64,000 bases of DNA from Lytechinus pictus. Lineage: Eukaryota. The DNA is taken from contig NC_087245.1 in assembly GCF_037042905.1 (NCBI RefSeq), positions 36,644,001-36,708,000 on the forward strand, in the 5' to 3' direction. Below, in pieces: positions 41,833-53,800 of this stretch (the stretch's first letter is position 1; each line of letters starts with the position of its first letter). The notes beneath the pieces are model-generated. The model was given only the letters and a program-made list of their open reading frames with translations, was not told where the DNA came from and did not search any database. The position numbers and the translations under genes were made by a program.

Positions 41833-44800
41833 CCACCACCACCATTACCATCATCATAACTCTTATCATTAAAATCATCACCATCATTGTCATCGTCATC
41901 ATTATCACCACCATCACCATCCATCGTCGTAGTCGTCATCATCTGCGTTATCATCACCATTGTCATCATCATCATGAAAATCATCATTATCATCAACAAT
42001 CATTATCAATACCATCATCATCATCATCCTAATCGTCATCGTTATCATCAACACCATCCTAATCGTCATCGTTATCATCAACACCATCATCATCATTATC
42101 ATCATCATCATCATCATCCTCGTCACCACTTATTTCACTCAGCAATTTTCCTCTTACGAAGAGTTAAAGACTCTGACACTATGATGACATTCCCTCCTTC
42201 CGCTTCTCTATGTCTCAAGTATCCTTTTCATTCAAACCAACTTTACTGTTATTAATAACTGCTTATCATAATATGAGTGATTAGAAAGGCTTATATATGA
42301 TCAAAGATATGTTGTTCAGTCATTCGATAATCTACTAATTACATACAAAAGTTTTGCCACATTGTGTGTACAAGAAATTCCCATCTTTCGTCTTTCTTAA
42401 ATCAGTGAACAGCGATGCTATACATTGGACTGCCTTTGTGATATAATGATCAATCCCTAAGAACAAAGTTGTACTGAATATTGGAACAAATTCATTTCAA
42501 TTATAATAATGATAATAATTGGCTTTTTGATAGTGCCATATCAATCTACACCTGCTCGAAGCACTTCACAATTATATTACCTGGTCACTGGATTCATAGC
42601 TTTTTTGCAGCCTGTCAGGCGCACACTTGCTAAACCAACCACAATGACGGTTGTTTCCTACCGGTACCTAATTAGCACCTGGGTGAGAGTGGAAAAGTGT
42701 GGACTGACGTCTTGTCAAAGGACGCTAGGCCATGGTGGGATTCTAACACACGACCCTCTGAATACAAGGCAAGATTCAGAACCGCTACACCACAGCGCAT
42801 CCACAAATACAACATACTTGGTTTTCATCATTAGCATATCATTTGCTCTAAGTTCCAAAATAATTGTGTTGCCATGCAATAATGAAAAAAAAATTATTAT
42901 ATAATGCCTACTTAGCAAGAAAATGGGAGGCTGAATGTAAGACTTTCTATGTATGAATTTGTATGCACATACACCACTCCTTGATGAGTTCAACATTATT
43001 CTAATACTCTAATAAAGCTTTCTTGATTTGTATGCATATAACCCACTCCAAGGGGAATTCAACATCATTTTGATACTCTATAATGAAGCTTACTTGATTT
43101 TTATACATAACCACCACTCCCTGGGGAAACTCAGTATCATTTTTTTGTACTCTAATGAAGTTTACTTGATTTACACGCACATACATCACTCCCTGGGGAA
43201 CTCAATATCATTCTGAAACTTACTTGAACGATGCAACCATGTTGTGCTGTCCAAAGTATTGATAGTGATGATGATGTAGAGAGTGGCAGCATGGAGACGA
43301 GCTACCATGGCGACCATAATCCTTCCCATAGAAGTGTATCTCGAGGTACTTCGCAAATGACATGTGCCAGGTGTCCCGAGACATGGGCTGAACAGGCGTT
43401 ACCTGGAGGAAAGGGTCGATACCAGTTAAAGAGAAGAATTATTATTTGACAGTGCATCTTGTGGTACATACATAGTGGCATCTCGGCTTTCATAGAGCTA
43501 TCATGGCGCTGGGAAGCTAGGGTGCTTCATAGGAAGCATTCCCTGGAGAAAAAAAAGGTTATTGCTTGTAATTTTATTTTCTTCTGATGACAACCCCCTG
43601 AACAAGTCCCCGAGCAACCCTTATTTAATATTCATTCCCAAGGCCCTGAGAGCTTTCTATATGAAAAAATAATTTTTTACACATTTTTAATAGTTTTTTT
43701 TAAAATCTATCGATATGTCCATCAGTCCATCTGCCCATCCATCCATCCGCTATGTTTTCTTGACAGATACCTCCCCCTATTTTTCTTCATCTTTTCTGTC
43801 TCTTCCTTTTCCTACACCACTAACCTGTTTACATCTTCGACACCAGCTCCACATGAGGACCTTGTTCTTGTACCCTGGAACAGGACTATCTAGCTGTCTC
43901 TGAAGGACTTGGATTGATGCATTACCGTGAACGAACCTCCTGACATGATTAGCCATCAGGGTGTCACAGGTCTCGCTAGGACACAGGTAGTTGGCACTGA
44001 GATTCAAGGAGAGAGAAAGGAACAACCAAAATAATGTTGATGATAATGAGGAGAAGGGGGGAGGAGGAGGATATTGAATCTCCTGACATGAATGATTAGC
44101 CTCCAGGGTGTCACAGGTCTTGCTGGGACATAGATAGTTGGCACTGAGATTCAAGGAGAGAGAAAGGAACACCCAAAATAATATTGATGATAAGAGGAGG
44201 ATGATGATGATGAGGAGGAGGGGGAGAAGGAGGGGGAGGAAGAGGAGGAGGTGGAGGAAGAGGAGGAGGAGGAAGAGGAGGAGGAAGAGGAGGAGGATGA
44301 CGATGAGGAGGTTGAACCTCCTGATATGATTAGGCTTCAGGGTGTCACAGTTCTCACTAGGACAAAGGAAATTGAGATTCAAAGAGAAAGAAAGGATTGA
44401 AGATGATGATGAAGATAATGATGGTATAATGATAGTATTGAAGATGATGGTGATTAATGATGAGGAGCAAGAGGAGGAGGAGGAAGAGGAGGATGAACTT
44501 TATTATGTTATTAGCCATCAGGGTGTCACAGGTCTTGATTATATTGAGGATGATGAGGAGGATGTGGAGAAGGAGGAGGATATTAACCAATGGCGTTTAT
44601 TGTGATTTCTCAACCACAATCTATTGTATATACCATTCCTTTACATTCTATCCAACAGATGAATCGAATAGGACTGAGCTACATTTTCACATTTCAGTTT
44701 TGTCATAAACTCACCTAAAGCAATATCTATCAAGGAACATGCCTAAGGTGATATCGTTATAGCCATAGAATTCCATGGTAACCATCCAAGGGTGGATACA

Positions 44801-47800
44801 GTGACCTGGCATGTTTCCCGAGTGATGTGAGTAGCTGCTGAACTGAAGAAGAATCTTCTGATGATGGTAGGGGTCAAGACAGTCATAGACAGGGTGTCTA
44901 GACTGATGTTCTTGGGTGTCATTGTTGCCTTTCCTGGCTAGCAGGTATTGCTGGTTTGCGTTCTGTTGTTGCTTTGGTTTGTGTTCGTGAGGAATCATGA
45001 GGGATTTCTGAGAAAGGATGTGGGAAGAACCTTGGTCCTTTGGGATGTAGCGCCCTCCACGTGCACGGAAGTCAGCGAGAAGAGTCCTGGTGGATTCTGA
45101 CCAGAAGTCTTCAGTCAGCTGCAGGAAAGTAAATGGGTGGGGATGTGCTATGCTCATGGAGCTGATCTTGTGGGTGCAACGATCTGTCGACCAGTAAACC
45201 ACATCGTCTTTAGGATCGTCATCTTCCAAGTGTGCCTCCACTGCCTGAGAGATATCTCCTGGGTTGTCTTGGAGCTTAGGAGACCAGAAGACATTCTGTG
45301 GGAAGAAGTGTCGGTTTGGGGACTGCCTCCCTTCTTCGGTTTCAAAGTAAGGTGCAGGAAATGCCAGAAATGGTGAGATTGTCAGAATAGTGTTGTTGAA
45401 AGCCCTGGAAAACCTTTCTCTGTCCTCCTTCTCTGATGGACTGTCTTCACTGGATGATTTTAACGGGTCTATTGAGTCCAGTGATTCCATAGCTTCCTCA
45501 GCTTCACTATCATTGCTATTCACATCAAAGCTGAAGACGTTCTCTTCTTCCTCTTTGCCGCTGATCTTCTTGACCTGATAGTCTTTCACTTTAATCTCAC
45601 CACCTTTCTCAACCATCGAGCCACTTTGAGAAATGACATCGCGATCATTTTTACTTTCGTCAACAAGGACATATTCTTGGAGAAGCCCATTTTCTGATGC
45701 ACTGAGGCTAGAACTTGAGTCGGCACCTATTTGTGATATACCTTCCACGGTAGCGTCATCATGTTTTTTGGGTGTTCCAGTACCTTCTGCATCGACTGTC
45801 AGGCTTTCAGATTCTATTGCTGTATCAAAGCTGGGATAGGTGCTTGCATTGGGAAGCTTGGCAGCCCCACCTGGCATCTCTTTGCTACTTTCTTTAGCTG
45901 CTACTCCTGGAGCTCCTGTCCGATCATTACCCACCGTGCCATCGCTGCTTCTCCTGCTCCCGGCGGCACTGCTACTCCCACTCTGATCACTTCCGTCGCT
46001 CCCCTTCCCCATCAGAAGCTTCTGCACTGTGGCTTTGAATCCTCTCCGACTGGATGGAGGGGTTGCAAGGACAGGAATGCAATTCTCTCTCTCTCCTGCA
46101 GGGTTGTCCACTCCTGTAGGTTTCCTGATCAAAGCCTGTTCAATCCTGACAGCTTTGATGACTTCATGGAAGGTTCCTGTGTCCTTCATAGCTTGTCGTC
46201 CAGGTGTCTGTCCCATGGGTGATGGTGGTGAGTTTGGTGGGCTTCCTGCGGGGGATGGGGTCAGAGGAGGCTTGGCAAACTCGTCCTTGAGGTACGAGGT
46301 CTCGAGACGAGAATGATAGACGGCATATACCATCAGGTTCAGCACTCTCTTCACCTGCAAAGATCAAAACCAAGCAGAATACGTATAATATTCTAAACCA
46401 ATATGGCGACAAATCATACAAGCTCTTTAGCACAGGAAGCATTGTAACAGTCAGAGCCAAATGTTTCACAGTTGATCAAAACCATGATATTACTGAAATT
46501 GTCAACACTGGTCAGGGCAGAAAAAAATACTGAAAAAGTACCAAGGTGGCTTTCATATTCTTAAATATTTTTCAACACTGGCAACAAATTTGACTAAACA
46601 GTATATAAACAGACTTGTATCACCGTATACTGATGAGGTATTCCTAAACTAGACATAGAATTAGAGATCATATTGATTGGAATAGATGAAGTCATGGCAT
46701 TCTTTAATAAAACAAATAATCATACGTAATATCTTAATGAAAATTAAAGTTGATGCTAAATATGACTGCCCCAACCTCATAAAAATATCATTAAAATCAA
46801 TGACAATTTTTTTTCATCTTTGTTATTTTGGCTTCAAGCAGCTTAACAGTATTACAGCGACCCCAATTCAACTCCTCTTTTACGTTTTACTTGGGTAAAT
46901 TGAATGACAAGTTGAGTGTATCTGGCAGTCTGCATTACGCGATTCAATATACATGTAGCAGCAGTGCTGACTTTGAATAATCATTCACAAAAAAAAACAT
47001 TCAAATGATGATGAAATACTGATTATTGACCCTAAATGACATTTGACCTTGGTTGTGTGACCAAAGACTTGTGCAAAACGATCAGTGATATTTGATTACC
47101 CTTATGTCCACATTTCATGAACTAGTTCCATAAACTTTCAAAGTTATGATGGCAATTCAACAAATACCCCCAAAATGGCCAAAGTTCATTAACCTTGGTC
47201 ATGTGACCTGAAACTTATGCAGGATGTTTACTGATGCTTTAATACTCTTATGTTCAAGTTTCATGAACTATATCAATACATTTTCAGAGTAATGACATAT
47301 AACAAGTGGAATGCCTCTGGCTGTCTCACCTGCATCACGCGATTCAATATAGCAGCAGTGCTGACTTTGAAAACTACTATAAAATAATCATTCACAAAAA
47401 ACACCATTCATATAATTATATAATACTACGTTCATTGATATTTAACCTTGATAATGTGACCTAAAACTTGTCAGTGATACTTCATTACCCCTATATCCAC
47501 ATTTTATACACAATATCTATAAACTTTGAAAGTTATGACAGCAATCTAATAATTACCTCTAAAATGGCCAAAGTTCAATGACCTTTGACTTTGGTCATGT
47601 GACCTGAAAATCACATGAGATGTTCAGTGATACTTGGTTACTCTTATGTACATGTAAACGTTTTATGAACTAGACCAATACACTTACAGAGATATGATGG
47701 AAATCAACAAATGTCCCCAACATTGCAAAAGTTCATTGACCCTTAATAACCTTTGACCTCAGTCATAAGGCCTGAAACTCTTGCAGGGTGTTCAGAAATA

Positions 47801-50800
47801 CTTAATAACTATTATGTCCAAGTTTCATGACCTAGGCCCATATACTTTTTAAGTTATGATGACATTTCAAAAACTTAACATTTGGTTAAGATTTGATGAT
47901 GATGACGCCGCCGCCAGAAAAGTCTCGCTCTGCTATGCAGGCGAGACAACAATGACTGAGTCTATGACGTTTGCTCCCAACCACCACACCAATAATAAAA
48001 GAGCATTCATATTGTGCAGCTAGTATAATACTATTTTCTGCTGCGCATAACAAAATGAATGATACAAATTTAGCGTATTACTGAAAAGATAAGTCTTAAG
48101 ATGCATTTTAAACATACTAACTGTGGGCGAATGTTCCATAATCTGGGACATACAAAAAAAAAAGTATTTGAATTCATGCTAACCTTAGAGAGTTCTGCAA
48201 TGCCTCCTCCACGTAATAAAACCGAGCATCCTAGATGACCAGGACAGCCATCAAAGAACATCAAAGTCTTTGTGAAACCTGTCAATGAATGGAAGACACA
48301 GATATAATTACATAATTTCTAAAGGTTTCCATGGCAAAGAATGAATCAAAGTAGATCATGACAAGGGCAGCCATCAAAGAACATTAATGTCTTTGTGAAA
48401 CCTGTCAATGAATGAAAAACACAGATACAATTACATAGTTTCTAAAGGTTTCCATGGCAAAGAATGAATCAAAGTAGATCATGACAAGGGCAGCGATCAA
48501 AGAACATTAATGTCTTTGTGAAACCTGTCAATGAATGAAAAACACAGATACAATTACATAGTTTCTAAAGGTTTCCATGGCAAAGAATGAATCAAAGTAG
48601 ATCATGACAAGGGCAGCGATCAAAGAACATTAATGTCTTTGTGAAACCTGTCAATGAATGAAAAACACAGATACAATTACATAGTTTCTAAAGGTTTCCA
48701 TGGCAAAGAATGAATCCAAGTAGATCATGACAAGGGCAGCCATCAAAGAACATTAATGTCTTTGTGAAACCTGTCAATGAATGAAAAACACAGATACAAT
48801 TACATAGTTTCTAAAGGTTTCCATGGCAAAGAATGAATCCAAGTAGATCATGACAAGGGCAGCGATCAAAGAACATTAATGTCTTTGTGAAACCTGTCAA
48901 TGAATGAAAAACACAGATACAATTACATAGTTTCTAAAGGTTTCCATGGCAAAGAAAGAATCAAAGTAGATCATGACAAGGGCAGCGATCAAAGAACATT
49001 AATGTCTTTGTGAAACCTGTCAATGAATGAAAAACACAGATACAATTACATAGTTTCTAAAGGTTTCCATGGCAAAGAATGAATCAAAGTAGATCATGAC
49101 AAGGGCAGCCATCAAAGAACATTAATGTCTTTGTGAAACCTGTCAATAAATGGAAGACACAGATACAATTACATAGTTTCTAAAGGTTTCCATGGCAAAG
49201 AATGAATCAAAGTAGATCATGACAAGGGCAGCGATCAAAAACATTAATATCTTTGTGAAACCTGTCAATGAATGAAAAACACAGATACAATTACATAGTT
49301 TCTAAAGGTTTCCATGGCAAAGAAAGAATCAAAGTAGATCATGACAAGGGCAGCGATCAAAGAACATTAATGTCTTTGTGAAACCTGTCAATGAATGAAA
49401 AACACAGATACAATTACATAGTTTCTAAAGGTTTCCATGGCAAAGAATGAATCAAAGTAGATCATGACAAGGGCAGCGATCAAAGAACATTAATGTCTTT
49501 GTGAAACCTGTCAATGAATGAAAAACACATATACAATTACATAGTTTCTAAAGGTTTCCATGGCAAAGAATGAATCAAAGTAGATCATGACAAGGGCAGC
49601 CATCCAAGAACATTAATGTCTTTGTGAAACCTGTCAATGAATGAAAAACACAGATATAATCACATAATTTCTGATGGTTTCTACAGACATGAATGAATCA
49701 AAGTAGATCATGACAAGGGCAGCCATCAAAGAACATTAATGTCTTTGTGAAACCTGTCAATGAATGAAAAACACAGATACAATTACATAGTTTCTAAAGG
49801 TTTCCATGGCAAAGAATGAATCAAAGTAGATCATGACAAGGGCAGCCATCAAAGAACATTAATGTCTTTGTGAAACCTGTCAATGAATGAAAAACACAGA
49901 TATAATCACATAATTTCTGATGGTTTCTACAGACATGAATGAATCAAAGTAGATCATGACAAGGGCAGTCATCAAAGAACATTAATGTCTTTGTGAAACC
50001 TGTCAATGAATGGAAGACACAGATACAATTACATAATTTCTGATGGTTTCCATGGCAAAGAATGAATCAAAGTAGATCATGACAAGGGCAGCCATCAAAG
50101 AACATTAATGTCTTTGTGAAACCTGTGAATGAATGAAAAACACAGATACAATTACATAGTTTCTAAAGGTTTCCATGGCAAAGAATGAATCAAAGTAGAT
50201 CATGACAAGGGCAGTCATCAAAGAACATTAATGTCTTTGTGAAACCTATCAATGAATGGAGAAAAAAAATATAATCACATAATTTCTGATGGTTTCCATG
50301 GCAAAGAATGAATCAAAGTAGATCATGACAAGGGCAGCCATCAAAGAACATTAATGTCTTTGTGAAACCTGTCAATGAATGAAAAACACAGATACAATTA
50401 CATAGTTTCTAAAGGTTTCCATGGCAAAGAATGAATCAAAGTAGATCATGACAAGGGCAGCCATCAAAGAACATTAATGTCTTTGTAAAACCTGTCCATG
50501 AATGGAAAACAGATATAATCACATAATTTCTAAAGGTTTCCATGGCAAAGAATGAATCAAAGTAGATCATGACAAGGGCAGCCATCAAAGAACATCAAAG
50601 TCTTTGTGAAACCTGTGAATGAATGAAAAACACAGATATAATCACATAATTTCTGAAGGTTTCTACAGACATGAATGAATCAAAGTAGATCATGACAAGG
50701 GCAACCATCAAGGAACATTAATGTCTTTGTGAAACCTGTCAATGAATGGAAAACACAGATACAATTACATAATTTCTGATGGTTTCCATGGCAAAGAATG

Positions 50801-53800
50801 AATCAAAGTAGATCATGACAAGGGCAGCCATCAAAGAACATTAATGTCTTTGTGAAACCTGTCAATAAATGGAAAACACATATATAATCACATAATTTCT
50901 GATGGTTTCTACGGACATGAATGAATCAAAGTAGATCATGACAAGGGCAGCCATCAAAGAACATTAATGTCTTTGTGAAACCTGTCAATAAATGGAAAAC
51001 ACAGATATAATCACATAATTTCTGATTGTTTCTACGGACATGAATGAATCAAAGTAGATCATGACAAGGGCAGCCATCAAAGAAAAGTCTTTGTGAGACC
51101 TGTCAATGAATGGAAAACACAGATATAATCACATAATTTCTGATGGTTTCTACGGACATGAATGAATCAAAGTAGATCATGACAAGGGCAGCCATCAAAG
51201 AACATCAAAGTCTTTGTGAAACCTGTCAATGAATGAAAAACACAGATATAATTACATAATTTTTGATGGTTTCTACGGACATGAATGAATCAAAGTGGAT
51301 CATGACAAGGGCAGCCATCAAAGAACATTAATGGCTTTGTGAAACCTGTCAATGAATGGAAGACACAGATACAATTACATAATTTCTGATGGTTTCCATG
51401 GCAAAGAATGAATCAAAGTAGATCATGACAAGGGCAGCCATCAAAGAACATCAAAGTCTTTGTGAAACCTGTGAATGAATGAAAAACACAGATACAATTA
51501 CTTTCATAGATTCATTCTTTGCCATGGAAACCTGGCAAAGAATGAATCAAAGTAGATCATGACAAGGGCAGCCATCAAAGAACATTAATGTCTTTGTGAA
51601 ACCTGTGAATGAATGAAAAACACAGATACAATTACATAGTTTCTAAAGGTTTCCATGGCAAAGAATGAATCAAAGTAGATCATGACAAGGGCAGCCATCA
51701 AAGAACATCAAAGTCTTTGTGAAACCTGTCAATGAATGAAAAACACAGATATAATTACATAATTTTTGATGGTTTCTACGGACATGAATGAATCAAAGTG
51801 GATCATGACAAGGGCAGCCATCAAAGAACATTAATGTCTTTGTGAAACCTATCAATGAATGGAAAACACAGATATAATCACATAATTTCTGATGGTTTCT
51901 ATGGACATGAATGAATCAAAGTAGATCATGACAAGGGCAGCCATCAAAGAACATCAAAGTCTTTGTGAAACCTGTCTATGAATGAAAAACACAGATATAA
52001 TCACATAATTTCTGATGGTTTCCATGGCAAAGAATGAATCAAAGTAGATCATGACAAGGGCAGCCATCAAAGAACATTAATGTTTTTGTGAAACCTGTCA
52101 ATGAATGAAAAACACAGATACAATTACATAGTTTCTAAAGGTTTCCATGGCAAAGAATGAATCAAAGTAGATCATGACAAGGGCAGCCATTAAAGAACAT
52201 TAATGTCTTTGTGAAACCTGTCAATGAATGAAAAACACAGATACAATTTCATAGTTTCTAAAGGTTTCCATGGCAAAGAATGAATCAAAGTAGATCATGA
52301 CAAGGGCAGCCATCAAAGAACATTAATGTCTTTGTGAAACCTATTAATGAATGAAAACACAGATACAATTACATAGTTTCTAAAGGTTTCCACGGCCATG
52401 AATGAATCAAAGTAGATCATGACAAGGGCAGCGATCAAAGAACATTAATGTCTTTGTGAAACCTGTCAATGAATGAAAAACACAGATACAATTACATAGT
52501 TTCTAAAGGTTTCCATGGCAAAGAATGAATCAAAGTAGATCATGACAAGGGCAGCCATCAAAGAACATCAAAGTCTTTGTGAAAACTGTCGATGAATGAA
52601 AACACAGATATAATCGAATAATTTCTAAAGGTTTCCATGGCAAAGAAGGTATCAATGTATAATCGTCACGGTATACCATATTTTCTTTCTTGAACGTATG
52701 TTTGGTCCTGAAAAGGACAACCTAAACTGGTCGAGAAATGCGAAAATGGCAAAATAGAGGATTCGTCATGTAATTGAAGTCAGACAATCATTTGGTTAGG
52801 AACCATTTAAGTATCTTGCAAAGACTATCTCATTGAAATACTCATCTTGAAAAAAAAATATTGATCAGATCATTTTTAACTGTCTGGGAATAATAACTGA
52901 ATTTGTTTTCGTTCCCACAATAATAATAATAACAACAACAACAACAACAATAACGATAACAATAATAGCCAGTTTTTATACTGCGTTTTTCCCATATACG
53001 GCTCAAAGCGCTTTCCAGCATATTATCACCCCGGTCGTTGGATTCATTTCAATCCCGCACGAAAGTGCACAATTTCCACTCCCTGGGGATCATTCCTTGC
53101 ATTCATCACAGCCTCAAAAGGCGCTGGCAAATTCAAACATACAATAACTTTCGCATCCTACCGGGTACCCAATTAACACCTGGGTGGAGGGCGGCAAATG
53201 GAGATCAATGTCTCGCCAAAGGACGCTAGCGCCGGGTAGGAATCGAACACATGACCCTCTGAGTGAAAGGCGAGAGTCAGAACCGCTTCACCACGGCACC
53301 TCCATTATAGCACATGAAAAAGCACAGTAAACATGAAAAAACAAAATATTGACAATTTTGGCTTTGCATTTTTTTAGCTCAGAATTAAACCATGGTCTAA
53401 GTTAAACCAACATTCAGAATACGGGCCTCTGTACCGTGTCAACAGGGACTTTTTGCTCCATGATGCATGACAGATTAAAGAACATAAAAAAGTATTGTCA
53501 AATGCCCTTTATGACAAAGAACGACCAAGTTGTGCTTGCCGAAATTTGGTGAATCAAAACAGCATTTCGTCCTGGACTCTGGACAGAAAACATACTCCGA
53601 AACTTGAGACAAAAACTGCTGTTCTGTTTCACCAGTTTTCGACACAGACCTCCCAGCTGTTCATTGATATTTGACAGGCATTTTTAAGATGTTTACTGAC
53701 TCTGGAATCTGTCGTGCGTCGCGGAATGAAAATTCCCTACTGTGAATCAAGATTCTTTCATCCCTCTCTGACTTATGAAATGGATTGATACCATCAGACT

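Noticed and set aside
48245..52650. Array of mutually exclusive exons (Dscam-like)
   Set aside because: Units hold only the exon 5' part, lack the exon's donor and hit a stop codon
52705..52740. Second hammerhead-like motif (ctgaaaaggac..gtcgagaaa); also ctgacga at ~10368 and ~10410
   Set aside because: Core nucleotides and stems are incomplete
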